From the NCBI GenBank assembly GCA_964016885.1, contig OZ024740.1, positions 216,442,001 through 216,506,000 of the forward strand: a stretch of DNA of 64,000 nt, in the 5' to 3' direction. The stretch is from Eledone cirrhosa. Lineage: Eukaryota. The translations under genes and the position numbers were made by a program. Shown here piece by piece: positions 24,704 to 39,069 of the stretch (positions within the stretch are counted from its first letter, which is position 1; each line of letters begins with the position of its first letter). The notes under the pieces are model-generated. The model was not told the DNA's origin. It ran no database searches and worked only from the letters and a program-made list of their open reading frames with translations.

Positions 24704-26912
24704 TAGTAATGGGATACTAGCCACTACATCCCCTTCACACCATTGTGGTAGTAGGATACTAGCCACCACATCCTGTTCACACCACTGTAGTAGTAGGATA
24801 CTAGCCACTACATCCTCTTCACACCATTGCCTACTGTGGTAGTGGGATGCTAGCCACCACCACCTCTTCACACTGTTGTCTATTGTAATGGGATACTAGC
24901 CACCACATCCTCTTCATACTGTTGTCTATTGTAATGGGATACTAGCCACCACATCCTCTTCATACTGTTGTCTATTGTAATGGGATACTAGCCACCACAT
25001 CCTCTTCATACTGTTGTCTATTGTAATGGGATACTAGCCACCACATCCTCTTCACACTGTTGTCTATTGTAATGGGATACTAGCCACCACATCCTCTTCA
25101 TACTGTTGTCTATTGTAATGGGATACTAGCCACCACATCCTCTTCACACTGTTGTCTATTGTAATGGGATACTAGCCACCACATCCTCTTCATACTGTTG
25201 TCTATTGTAATGGGATACTAGCCACCAAATCCTCTTCATACTGTTGTCTATTGTAATGGGATACTAGCCACCACATCCTCTTCATACTGTTGTCTATTGT
25301 AATGGGATACTAGCCACCACATACTCTTCTTACTGTTGTCTATTGTAATGGGATACTAGCCACCACATCCTCTTCATACTGTTGTCTATTGTAATGGGAT
25401 ACTAGCCACCACATCCTCTTCATACTGTTGTCTATTGTAATGGGATACTAGCCACCACCACCTCTTCATACTGTTGTCTATTGTAATGGGATACTAGCCA
25501 CCACATACTCTTCTTACTGTTGTCTATTGTAATGGGATACTAGCCACCACCACCTCTTCTTACTGTTGTCTATTGTAATGGGATACTAGCCACCACATAC
25601 TCTTCTTACTGTTGTCTATTGTAATGGGATACTAGCCACCACCACCTCTTCATATTGTTGTCTATTGTAATGGGATACTAGCCACCACATCCTCTTCATA
25701 CTGTTGTCTATTGTAATGGGATACTAGCCACCACATACTCTTCTTACTGTTGTCTATTGTAATGGGATACTAGCCACCACATACTCTTCTTACTGTTGTC
25801 TATTGTAATGGGATACTAGCCACCACCACCTCTTCATACTGTTGTCTATTGTAATGGGATACTAGCCACCACCACCTCTTCATATTGTTGTCTATTGTAA
25901 TGGGATACTAGCCACCACATCCTCTTCATACTGTTGTCTATTGTAATGGGATACTAGCCACCACATACTCTTCATACTGTTGTCTATTGTAATGGGATAC
26001 TAGCCACCACCACCTCTTCATACTGTTGTCTGTTGTAATGGGATACTAGCCACCACCACCTCTTCATATTGTTGTCTGTTGTAATGGGATACTAGCCACC
26101 ACATCCTCTTCATACTGTTGTCTGTTGTAATGGGATACTAGCCACCACCACCTCTTCATACTGTTGTCTATTGTAATGGGATACTAGCCACCACATCCTC
26201 TTCATACTGTTGTCTGTTGTAATGGGATACTAGCCACCACCACCTCTTCATATTGTTGTCTGTTGTAATGGGATACTAGCCACCACCACCTCTTCATACT
26301 GTTGTCTATTGTAATGGGATACTAGCCACCACATACTCTTCTTACTGTTGTCTATTGTAATGGGATACTAGCCACCACATACTCTTCTTACTGTTGTCTA
26401 TTGTAATGGGATACTAGCCACCACATCCTCTTCATACTGTTGTCTGTTGTAATGGGATACTAGCCACCACATCCTCTTCATACTGTTGTCTGTTGTAATG
26501 GGATACTAGCCACCACATCCTCTTCATACTGTTGTCTATTGTAATGGGATACTAGCCACCACATCCTCTTCATACTGTTGTCTGTTGTAATGGGATACTA
26601 GCCACCACATACTCTTCTTACTGTTGTCTATTGTAATGGGATACTAGCCACCACCACCTCTTCATACTGTTGTCTATTGTAATGGGATACTAGCCACCAC
26701 CACCTCTTCATACTGTTGTCTATTGTAATGGGATACTAGCCACCACATCCTCTTCGCACCATTACCTACTGTGGTAATGGGATACTAGCCACCACATCCT
26801 CTTCACACCATTACCTATTGTAATGGGATACTAGCCTCCACATCCACTTCACACTGCTGTAGTAATGGGATACTAGCCACCACATCTACTTCACACTGTT
26901 GCCTATTGTAAT
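24704..26912. repeat. 46-bp minisatellite, ~48 copies
   Basis: Unit gtaatgggatactagccaccacatcctcttcatactgttgtctatt; period 46; diverged edge units. Confidence 0.97.
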
Positions 26913-27719
26913 GATGAGCTTTCTAAGCAGAGTCAAAGTCTTTTATAAATAAAGATAATGCAACATTAATTTTAAAGCAATCAGCCAACTCCCAGAGCTG
27001 TGTTAATGGTAGAAGCACTTCAGTGAGTGAAGAACTCCTGTTGTTGTTATTGTTGCTGTTATTGTTGCTGTTGTTGTTGTTGTTGTTATTATTGTTGTCT
27101 ATAAATGTTGAATGGTAACTGACCAGAGCTGCTTCCTCCAGCTATCATCTTGGCTATTTCTTGTTTACATTGCTTAATATCATAAAACATTTTATTGAAG
27201 AGAGAGAGAGAGAGAGAATGGGTGAGTGGGTAGGGAGAGAGTTTGAGGTAGAGAGGGGATAGAGGGAGGGGGAGGTAGAGAGAGGTAAAGATTCATTTAT
27301 AAATAAAATTACATATGAATACTTTTAGTATAAATTATAGATTGGTCTTAAGCTGTTTGTGGATATACTAAATTATTTATATCTAAAATGTATAACAAAC
27401 CAATTTTGTGTATTAAAACAAGTTTATTTTTGGCACAAATAAACTATGTTAGTTGCTATATTCCCTAGACTTGAGAGACATCAAGCATTATAGAGTGATG
27501 GGAGGACAAAATGAAATTATTGCTGCTATATTTAGCCTATGATAAATTTGTGTGTGTTTCTGAGTTAGTGTTCAACTCTGTGTGTGTGGTATTTACAGAA
27601 CTTATTTCTCTGATGTATACAGAAGTGCAAAAATAATATTGGTAGGTGTTTGTTTTTTTCATTATAAAGTTTATCCTTTGGCTTAGATAACAACTTGAAG
27701 TTTTCAGTCAAGGGGGTAT

Positions 27720-30700
27720 TGCTGACACCTTGAGGTACCACTGTTAACACAGTCTCATGGTACTGGTAACACTGCTATCATCACTTCAGAGTGTTGTTGA
27801 CACCTTTGTGGTGCCACTGCAAACACTGACACCTTTGAGGTACTACTGCTAACAACACTTCAAAATATTGTTGACACCTTGATGTACCACAGCTAAAACT
27901 GTCTGGAGGTACTGGGACACTTTGATGTACCACAGCTAACACTGTATTGAGGTACTGGGACACCTTGATGTACCACAGCTAATACTGTCTGGAGGTACTG
28001 GGACACTTTGATGTACCACAGCTAACACTGTATTGAGGTACTGGGACACTTTGATGTACCACAGCTAACACTGTCTTGAGGTACTGGGACACTTTGATGT
28101 ACCACAGCTAATACTGTCTGGAGGTACTGGGACACTTTGATGTACCACAGCTAACACTGTATTGAGGTACTGGGACACTTTGATTTACCACAGCTAACAC
28201 TGTCTTGAGGTACTGGGACACTTTGATGTACCACAGCTAACACTGTATTGAGGTACTGGGACACTTTGATGTACCACAGCTAACACTGTCTTGAGGTACT
28301 GGGACACTTTGATGTACCACAGCTAACACTGTCTTGAGGTACTGGGACACTTTGATGTACCACAGCTAACACTGTCTTGAGGTACTGGGACACTTTGATG
28401 TACCACAGCTAATACTGTCTTGAGGTACTGGGACACTTTGATGTACCACAGCTAACACTGTCTTGAGGTACAGGAACACTTTGATGTACCACAGCTAACA
28501 CTGTATTGAGGTACTGGGACACTTTGATGTACCACAATTAACACTGTCTTGAGGTACTGGGACACTTTGATGTACCACAGCTAACACTGTATTGAGGTAC
28601 TGGGACACCTTGATGTACCACAGCTAACACTGTCTCATGGTACTGGGACACTTTGATGTACCACAGCTAACACTGTCTTGAGGTACTGGGACACTTTGAT
28701 GTACCACAGCTAACACTGTCTCATGGTCCTGAGACACTTTGATGTACTACAGCTAACACTGTCTCAAGATACTGGGTCACTTTGATGTACCACAGCTAAC
28801 ACTGTTTCATGGTACTGGGACACTTTGATATACCACAGCTAACACTGTCTTGAGGTACTGGGACACTTTGATGTACCACAGCTAACACTGTCTTGAGGTA
28901 CTGGGACACCTTGATGTACCACAGCTAACACTGTCTTGAGGTACTGGGACACCTTGATGTACCACAGCTAACACTGTCTCATGGTACTGGGACACTTTGA
29001 TGTACCACAGCTAACACTGTATTGAGGTACTGGGACACCTTGATGTACCACAGCTAACACTGTCTCATGGTACTGGGACACCTTGATGTACCACAGCTAA
29101 CACTGTCTCAAGGTACTGGGACACTTTGATGTACCACTGTTAACACTGTCTCAAGGTACTCGGACACCTTGATGTACCACAGCTAACACTGTCTTGAGGT
29201 ACTGGGACACTTTGATGTACCACTGTTAACACTGTCTCAAGGTACTGGGACACTTTGATGTACCACTGTTAACACTGTCTCAAGGTACTGGGACTCTTTG
29301 ATGTACCACAGCTAACACTGTCTTGAGGTACTGGGACACTTTGATGTACCACTGTTAACACTGTCTCAAGGTACTGGGACACTTTGATGTACCACTGTTA
29401 ACACTGTCTTGAGGTACTGGGACACTTTGATGTACCACTGTTAACACTGTCTCAAGGTACTGGGACACTTTGATGTACCACTGTTAACACTGTCTCAAGG
29501 TACTGGGACACTTTGATGTACCACTGTTAACACTGTCTCAAGGTACTGGGACACTTTGATGTACCACTGTTAACACCGTCTCAAGGTACTGGGACACTTT
29601 GATGTACCACTGTTAACACTGTCTTGAGGTACTGGGACACTTTGATGTACCACTGTTAAAACTGTCTCAAGGTACTGGGACACTTTGATGTACCACTGTT
29701 AACACTGTCTCAAGGTACTGGGACACTTTGATGTACCACTGTTAACACTGTCTTGAGGTACTGGGACACTTTAATGTACCACTGTTAACACTGTCTTGAG
29801 GTACTGGGACACTTTGATGTACCACTGTTAAAACTGTCTCAAGGTACTGGGACACTTTGATGTACCACTGTTAACACTGTCTCAAGGTACTGGGACACTT
29901 TGATGTACCACTGTTAACACTGTCTTGAGGTACTGGGACACTTTGATGTACCACTGTTAACACTGTCTTGAGGTACTGGGACACTTTGATGTACCACTGT
30001 TAAAACTGTCTCAAGGTACTGGGACACTTTGATGTACCACTGTTAACACTGTCTCAAGGTACTGGGACACTTTGATGTACCACTGTTAACACTGTCTTGA
30101 GGTACTGGGACACTTTGATGTACCACTGTTAACACTGTCTTGAGGTACTGGGACACTTTGATGTACCACTGTTAACAGTGTCTCAAGGTACTGGGACACT
30201 TTGATGTACCACTGTTAACACTGTCTCAAGGTACTGGGACACTTTGATGTACCACTGTTAAAACTGTCTCAAGGTACTGGGACACTTTGATGTACCACTG
30301 TTAACACTGTCTCAAGGTACTGGGACACTTTGATGTACCACTGTTAAAACTGTCTCAAGGTACTGGGACACTTTGATGTACCACTGTTAACACTGTCTCA
30401 AGGTACTGGGACACTTTGATGTACCACTGTTAAAACTGTCTCAAGGTACTAGGACACTTTGATGTACCACTGTTAACACTGTCTCAAGGTACTGGGACAC
30501 TTTGATGTACCACTGTTAACACTGTCTCAAGGTACTGGGACACTTTGATGTACCACTGTTAAAACTGTCTCAAGGTACTAGGACACTTTGATGTACCACT
30601 GTTAACACTGTCTCAAGGTACTGGGACACGTTGATGTACCACTGTTAACACTGTCTCAAGGTACTGGGACACTTTGATGTACCACTGTTAACACTGTCTC

Positions 30701-31500
30701 AAGGTACTGGGACACTTTGATGTACCACTGTTAAAACTGTCTCAAGGTACTGGGACACTTTGATGTACCACTGTTAACACTGTCTCAAGGTACTGGGACA
30801 CTTTGATGTACCACTGTTAAAACTGTCTCAAGGTACTAGGACACTTTGATGTACCACTGTTAACACTGTCTCAAGGTACTGGGACACTTTGATGTACCAC
30901 TGTTAACACTGTCTCAAGGTACTGGGACACTTTGATGTACCACTGTTAAAACTGTCTCAAGGTACTAGGACACTTTGATGTACCACTGTTAACACTGTCT
31001 CAAGGTACTGGGACACTTTGATGTACCACTGTTAACACCGTCTCAAGGTACTGGGACACTTTGATGTACCACTGTTAACACTGTCTCAAGGTACTGGGAC
31101 ACTTTGATGTACCACTGTTAACACTGTCTCAAGGTACTGGGACACTTTGATGTACCACTGTTAACACTGTCTTGAGGTACTGGGACACTTTGATGTACCA
31201 CTGTTAACACTGTCTCAAGGTACTGGGACACGTTGATGTACCACTGTTAAAACTTTTTCAAGGTACTGGGACACTTTGATCTACCACTGTTAACACTGTC
31301 TCATGGTACTGGGACACTTTGATGTACCACAGCTAACACTGTCTCATGGTACTGAGACACTTTGAGGTACCACAGCTAACACTGTCTCATGGTACTGAGA
31401 CACTTTGAGGTACCACAGCTAACACTGTCTCATGGTACTGAGACACTTTGAGGTACCACAGCTAATACTGTTTCAAGGTATTGCTGACACCTTTCAGGTA
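27720..31500. repeat. 43-bp minisatellite, ~85 copies, two variant domains
   Basis: Unit ggtactgggacactttgatgtaccac(agc/tgt)taacactgtct(tga/caa); period 43. Confidence 0.97.
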
Positions 31501-32574
31501 CCCCCACTATAGTAAGATTGTCCTGAAGGAAGGGCTCCAGCATGGCCAAAATCAGTTAAAAGGTAAAAGAATAGCTAGAAAAGTGGCTCAATGAAACCAA
31601 TAAGCAGGAATAATCAGTTTCAGGTGGGATATCTTTATTTTCTGGTTGCACATATTAAACCTGTACACCTTATAACTGACACGGTTCACTGACCTTTGTC
31701 GAGCATTATTGGTAAGGGTGCTGGACCTTGTAATTTTTACTGAAGGTTTTTCAGTTCATTCCTAGCTTACAGAAAGAATTACATACATCAACATGCTTAC
31801 ACACATACTCACATTTATGCATATATATGTGTGTGTGTGTTTATGTATGCTCAGCCCTCACACATGGATGCATATGTATGGGTGTAGGCATGTGATGTAA
31901 GCTTTCGGCACATTGAACCTGGAATGTGGTGCGCCTCTTTTAGCCTTCATACCTGTGATTTCCAGTTGTAGGCAATAACCCAGACAAGGATGAAATATCT
32001 CTCTTCCAGGCTGACATTCCCCTCAAATGTCTTTGATGCTGATTCACTGATCCATTAATGGCTATGGGGCAGTTTTATTTGATATGTGTGGCTCTGTGTG
32101 TGTGTTTGTAGTGTGTGTCTGTGTGTGACTCTGTATGTGTTTGTTTTTGTGTGGTGTGTTGATATTTAAATGAAAAATTGCTGAATATATAAACTAGTGT
32201 GTTTTATTCATTCATTTGAATCTGAAACCTCACTTTGTCATTTACACTGAATAACTTCTATTATATATTTTATCCAATTGAATGAATGACTGTCTATGGC
32301 TGTTGGACATGTGATTGCTGGCTGTAATCTTATTGGTCACTTCAGTGTCAGTTGTCATGGGTCATGGTATGTGGCTTTATTATTGGTATTATTTTATTTG
32401 TTGATGTTAATATCAGTTAGTTAAACTGTATAATATAAAGAAACTACCAATGATCTGTATCAGTAAATAGAATGGTTTTAACAGGAAACTTTAACTTATC
32501 AAAGTGATAAAGTAGAATCAGAGGAATCTTTTGATAATCTTAGTCACTAGTTAGGTTATAATATGGAATCTTCG

Positions 32575-32930
32575 TCCTTTGGCTGATATATTTCTAATGA
32601 AAGACACTGCCTACAATTTTCACATCATTTTGAAAATGATAAAGTATTTGGATGGATTTAGTAATGTAACTTTCTATCCCGCCGAGGTTAACTTTGCCTT
32701 TCATCCTTACGGGGTCGATAAAATAAAGTACCGGTAGTAAACTGGGATAATTGCTGGCCTTGTGCCAAAAGTAGAAACAATTATTAAGTTTGTATTTGGG
32801 ACATAATTTAACAAAGGTTTCTACATGAAATCATTATGGAAAGTTTTTAGATAAATATAAACACATTAAAATAGATATGAGTTGCAGAAACAGGGGCAAA
32901 TTCAGGTCGGTTAGTATCAAGAAGGTTCAC
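32575..32930 (+). mobile_element. Old MITE-like repeat interrupted by a SINE-B 3' half (32677-32787)
   Basis: Reverse-complement similarity to 18-140 and 2170-2280 on both sides of the SINE. The end 'tatcaagaaggttca' resembles a decayed AAAGGGTTAA terminus. Confidence 0.5.
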
Positions 32931-33070
32931 TTACCAAAGTGACATAATACTTTGTTTCAATAAATAGTAAATATTACATATTTCATAATCCACTAATCTT
33001 GCACTGCATAGCCACATTACACAAACGTGAATTAGTGTACATAAAACAGATACTGCTATTACTTCTCATA

Positions 33071-33572
33071 TATCATCATCATCATCATCATCACCGTTTT
33101 ATGTCCGTTCTTCCATGCTAGCATGGGTTAGATGGGGTGTCCTGTTGTGGGCAGTGTCTGGTCTACTGACCTTGTCTTGCACCTAAGGGAACTGATTCTG
33201 GCTTGATTTCTTCAGCTGGATGCCCTTCCTAACACCAACCTCATTTACAGTGAGTGCTGGGTGCTTTTTTCCGTGGCGCCTACACGTCCATTTTACAGTG
33301 TGGGCTGGGTGCTTTTTTGCCGTGGCACCTCCACGACCACTTTGCAGTGGGAGGGGTGGGGGCATATTGTCTATATGCTTCAGCTTCAACTTGTACCCGT
33401 GGGGGGGGGGGGGTCGGGTCTTCTGTATTACTGCGTGACGCCAGAGGTCACGATCGTGTGTCATTGCCTTTGAGAGGTGTAATTGGGTAAGGTCGGCTTT
33501 TATCACCTCATCCCAGGTCTTCTTGGGTCTCCCCACTCTGCCATTTACATCGACTTCTAGTGCTCTGCACCT
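33071..33572 (-). mobile_element. RTE subfamily-2 3' fragment
   Basis: GRPKKTWDEVIKADLTQLHLSKAMTHDRDLWRHAV plus a UTR homologous to 19781-20265. Confidence 0.92.
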
Positions 33573-33986
33573 TTAAGACAATTAACAAAGAGAGGAAAAG
33601 ACAATGAACAAGGCAAAATGAAAACAATTTATTTAAAGGGAAAAACTTCTTAAAAAATATTAAAAATAAATAAAAATACAAATGAAGGGCACAGAACTCT
33701 TGGGTCATCGGCCGTTGAGATGGACTTTGGCAGTTATGACCCCTACCAACGGTACTGCTGGGGTCACACCATCTGACAGAAGCCAAACGCTGTCCAGTGG
33801 AGTAAGAGATGAGAGACAAAACATTAATTTATAGCAATTAAGCTACAACACACACATTAAGCCATCCATGCAACACACACACACACACAACTATGTGGGT
33901 TGCACATATGCACACATACATGCAACATAGATACACATATATATTTAACATACATGCACCTAAACATGCAGGACATATAGATGTGT

Positions 33987-34115
33987 AATGCACTCATACA
34001 TAAATGTATGAGTGCATTTTGTGTATATGTACATGTGTGTAAATTCATTTATGCATGCAGCACACATGCATAAATGAATTTACACATGTACATATACACA
34101 AAATGCACTCATACA
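33987..34115. repeat. Overlapping double inverted repeat
   Basis: 15-bp arms 33987-34001/34004-34018 and ~51-bp arms 34005-34057/34065-34115. Confidence 0.85.
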
Positions 34116-35078
34116 CATGAATACATTCACACAACGGCACACACGGATTAATACACAGAAGACACACACATACATATATATATATGGACTGACACAAACA
34201 CATAGCTGATCATTGTAATTTATTTAAAAAGATTCCATATAACAAATTTAAAGTGAATTAGAAGAGAAAGTGTGGCAGAAGATAAGAGAGAGATGGAAGG
34301 AGGAAGATAGCTTTAAAACTTCAAGAAAGGCTTCCAATAAAAAAGCCATTTGAATTTTATTGAGGAGAAATTGACTGACATTCAGAATTGTTGTTCCTAG
34401 GATCAAGAATCTCAGATTCTCTTTGAAATTATTTGTTTTTTATTACATTTGCAAATAAAAGATTCACATAAAAACAAAATTATGAATGTGACGAAAATCT
34501 GACTTCCGACACAAATACAAACAAACAATTGAATATAGCAAAACAAAATAAATAAAAATGGTCAGTGTCACACAAAATCAGTGAAAAGAATTACAAATGG
34601 ATATTTTTGTTCCCCAATGTCTGCTGTTGTTTTTCTATTGACATTGTAGTTCAATTTAGATTCTCTCTCTCCCCAGCTCTCTCTCCCCCTATCTATTTCT
34701 CTCCCCACCATTCTATTTCTCTCCCCACCATTCTATTTTTGTTGATTTTATCATTATATCTTAACATTCCTATAGCTTTTGCTCTTCCCTTTTTAATGTT
34801 GAGCACTTTCATTACGTTTCTTATATCATGTTTATATATATATATAATGTGTGTATATACTGATAATGATATATGAGAGAGGGGGGGGGTATTTTTAATT
34901 TTTTTCTCTAGAATCATACACACTAATATTAAAATATTAACTGAATGAGACTCAAACATATGTGCAGAGTAAAAATATGATTTAAATATCTCATCATCAC
35001 TGTATTATCTAAACTTGGGTTATACATATGTGTGTGTGTGTGTGTGTATCATCATCATCATACGTCCACTTTTCCCTG

Positions 35079-35118
<40 letters not shown>

Positions 35119-35384
35119 GATAATTATTTCCATATCATTTAACACTTATTTCTTCTTCCATGCTAAACTATTAAATCAATTTTATGGAAGGAATTATTAC
35201 ATCCACCATTTTGTTTCTAATATTTGCCTTCATTTAAAAGTGATTTGTCTGTTATTTATTTTTTTTGTTTGTTTTAATGCATTTGTGAACAGTTGGATTT
35301 ATGAGTTCAAACAGAAGTCCTACAATTTAATCAATGGTTGACTGTTATTTTAATATATAGTCAAATTGTTAATATTTTGACTGA

Positions 35385-36832
35385 CTCGGTAGAGTGTCAG
35401 ACAACATGCTTTGTGGCATTTAGTTATCAGTAGAGCATTGGACATAATGTTTTGTAGTTTTCAATTACATCCCTTTATGTTCTGAGTTCAAATCCCGGTG
35501 AGGTTAGCTTTTCCTTTCCTCCTTAAGGGTTCAGTAAAATAAAATACCAGTAACATACTGGGGTCAATTTATTCAACTTTTCCCTTCCCAGCAAATTGTT
35601 GGCCTTGTGCCAAGAAACAGATATTATCATTATTCTTAATGTGGATTGGCGGTGGATTGGCAGTAATGGTAGAAGGTTGGACGCCATGCTTTCCAGCATA
35701 GTTACGGCCCTTTATGACCTGGGTTCAAACGGCCCTTTATGACCTTGGTTCAAGTTCCGCCGAGGTTAACTTTGCCTTTCATCATTACGGGGTCGATAAA
35801 ATAAAGTACCAGTTATCCAATTGCTGGCCTTGTGCCAAAAGTAGAAACAATTATTATTAACGTTAGTGGAAGCATGTGGCCTAGTGGCTAGGTCGTATAT
35901 TCAATTCCGGTACTGGACGGCGTGTTGTGTCCTTCAGCAAAATACTTTATTTCATTTTGCTCCTTGTGCTAGTTGTTGTGACCAGTAGATAGTATCAGGA
36001 AAGACTAATGAAAACATTGTTACCTTGGTCCAATCTGATGATCAGCTCCTATTATTATTAAGGGCGGTGGATTGGCAGTATCGGTAGAGGGTCGGACGCC
36101 ATGCTTTGCAGCAAAGAGTTACGGCCCTTTATGGTCTGAGTTCAAATCCCGCCGAGGTTAACTTTGCCTTTCATCCTTACGGGGTCGATAAAATAAAGTA
36201 CCAGTAATGTACTGGGATAATTGCTGGCCTTGTGCCAAAAGTAGAAATAATTATTAAGATGGTGGGTTGGTAGAATTGTTAGTGCATCAGGTGACATACA
36301 TTTCAGTATTTTGTTATGACACTCTATGTCCATCATCAGTGTTTTAACATCTACTTTCCTTGTTAGCAAGGGTTGAATAGGTCTATGCTGACCAGGTCAG
36401 TACTGAAGCAGGGCTACTGATCTACCAAACACGCCAGATCCCACCAAAGTTAGTCTTTCATATTTCTAAGGTTGATAAAATAAAGTACAAATCAAGTCCA
36501 GGAGTCAATTAGATAACCCCTCCCTTCCTTGCAAAATTGGTGGCCTTCTGCTAGTATTAGAAACTATTACTATTATTACTATTAAAGAGCGGTGGATTGG
36601 CAGTATCGGTAGAGGGTCAGATGCCATGCTTTTGCAGCATAGAGTTATGGCCCTTTATGATCTGAGTTCAAATTATGCCAAGGTTAGCTTTCCTTTCATC
36701 CTTATGGTGGTGATGGGGGGGGGGGGGCAATAAATAAAGTACCAGTAACTAGCTGAGATCGATTTAATCAACTTTCCCTTCCCCTTCAAATTTCTGACCT
36801 TGTGCCTATAGTAGAAACTATTATTATTATTA
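35385..36832 (+). mobile_element. Cluster of co-oriented SINEs (family B at ~35385-35630, 35648-35857, 36063-36256, 36430-36580, 36588-36830; C-like head at ~35868-35960)
   Basis: A box TGGCAGTATCGG, B box GAGTTCAAATCC, shared core and (ATT)n tails. Confidence 0.85.
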
Positions 36833-36944
36833 ATATTGTATTATTATTTTATTTTTTTATTTCAACCGCTTTAGTAGTTGTAAAACCCTAATTTATAGTA
36901 TTCTATCCTTGAATTATCCCCAGCAGCTTGCATCCTTGTGGCTC

Positions 36945-37120
36945 TATCATTATCAATCACCTCACCACCATCACCACAACCACTACCACCACCACTATCA
37001 CCACCACCACTACCATCACCACCACCACTACCATCACCACCACCACCACCACCATCACCACCACAGTCATCACCACCACAGTCATCACCACAACCACTAT
37101 CACCACCATCACCACCTACA
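36945..37120. repeat. (CAC/CAT)n trinucleotide tract
   Basis: Direct inspection. Confidence 0.9.
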
Positions 37121-37174
37121 CAGTTCCACAATGCCCACTTTAAGAGATTTATATTTTGAGATTTAGTGACATGT

Positions 37175-37815
37175 GTCTTCAACATTCAAGAACTGTAGAA
37201 AGGGTTCTTACAGAAGTAAAAATGTCACCTTTCTCTATTTCATTATCTTAGCTATCTCAACTGTAATGCCGCTCAGTCTGTTGAACATCTCTTTAGATAT
37301 TCTTCCCAGTACTTCTGTGACAACCATGTGGACTTTCACTTTCTCTATATACTCAGAGATAAGTCATATCCTTTGTGTTCAGAATATTTAGGCTTCATCA
37401 TTAAATATTCTAAACCCAGAGTAAGTTGGTAAGTTGTAGATGAGTGAGTCCCATGTGAGTTTTCATACCTGATATTTGTTTAAAAACCATGACTTATCTT
37501 TAAATAAATTCAATGTATCTTGAAGTTTTTTCCTATTTCTCTGCCAGAGCCTAAGTCATTTATCTTCTTCCTTTCTTTCACTTTCTGTTATCTCATTCTC
37601 TGTTATTTTCATATCCATGCTCAGTTTGCACCAAGAAATCCTTTCTTTCTTTTATAGATGAAATCTTCATAGAGGTGTATGTACTACACAGGATAAATAG
37701 TTTCTGTAGTATTGAGGGTGAATAGGTGCCCATAGTTTTAAGTTCTTCAGGCATTGGTATTCCATATTCTTTATATCACACCTTTCAGCTCCCACCACAA
37801 TAGCTACTATCAAAT
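37175..37815 (-). mobile_element. Possible decayed R4/Dong-like non-LTR 3' ends (two remnants)
   Basis: Minus-strand translations KVKVHMVVTEVLGRISK..RKVTFLL and IVAIVVGA..SILQKLFIL resemble the 'VPVVIGALG..LQK..LL' C-terminus; stops and frameshifts present. Confidence 0.35.
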
Positions 37816-37908
37816 TCTATTCCAAAAGTATATTTAAAAGTAATTAATACATGTTATTTATATGATCTTATATAGTTATAATAAATATCTAAAATTGCTG
37901 CCCTTTTG

Positions 37909-37950
<42 letters not shown>

Positions 37951-37953
<3 letters not shown>

Positions 37954-38389
37954 TAAAAGAAACAAAGTTTCGTTTACATGTATTAAGATTTTTAATGTAT
38001 ATCGACCTGTCACATGCGTTTCGTAGAGAATTGGCTCAGAGTCACCCATATTTATATTTATATATATATATATATATGAAAAGAGTCAGGACCCCGACTG
38101 CTGAGCTCCGGCTGTTTCGAAAACTAGATCCGATCTAGCTGTCGAAACGGCCGGAGCTCAGTCATTGGGGTCCTGACGCTTTTCATATTACTCACTCTAC
38201 TACCCTAAGTATTGAGTGCATTATGGTACACCTTGTATCTTACCACACCTTCTTTGTTATATATATATATATATGTATGTAAATATAAATATGCATAACT
38301 CTGAGCCAATCCTCTGTGAAACGCATGTGACAGGTCGATATACAATAGAAATCTAAATACATGTAAACGAAACTTCGTTTCTTTTAATA
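37951..38389. mobile_element. Nested fold-back Penelope-like remnants
   Basis: Outer arms 37951-38060/38280-38389; inner palindrome 38074-38188 centred at 38131. Both carry GAAAC segments resembling HHR 3' halves. Confidence 0.6.
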
Positions 38390-39025
38390 TATACACTATG
38401 CCTATGCATAGAGTATATATATATTGTAACCAGTAAGCTAATTATGGCCCACCCTCTATATTCTTCTTACTGCTAATATGTCTCTTCATAAAATGATGGA
38501 GCTATTGCTGCCTGGAGACAACCTACCTTGCTTTCTATTGTATGTTAATTTAGTTTTTAAGTTCCAAGTGTTTTAGTATTTTGTTGATCTTTAACAGACA
38601 AGTACATTTCACAGTCAAAATATGTTTACTTCTTTTGAGAGAGTTTCTTTTAAAATAAATTTCATTTAGAAAAATTATAATTTCAGATATGAAAACAGTT
38701 CTAAATGAATATTGTTTATTTAAAATAATATACTCTGATCAGAATCTCAAAATATTGTTCAGATTTGTATCACATGGATACGCACAGATATATGTATATG
38801 TGATATTTATATACATATATATTATGTAAACTGTACATGACTATACACACAGATATACTGCATATGCTGTTCATACATATACACACAGATATACTATGTA
38901 TCTTATACATGCATATACACACAGATATACTGTGTATCTTGTTCATATATATACACAAATATATTGCGTAACATGTACACAAATATATACTATATGATCT
39001 GCATATACATGTGTGTGTATATCTA

Positions 39026-39060
<35 letters not shown>

Positions 39061-39069
39061 CATCATTAT

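Noticed and set aside
24704-31500. 46-bp and 43-bp arrays as CRISPR or coding repeats
   Set aside because: No unique spacers; unit lengths are not multiples of 3 and no long ORFs occur.
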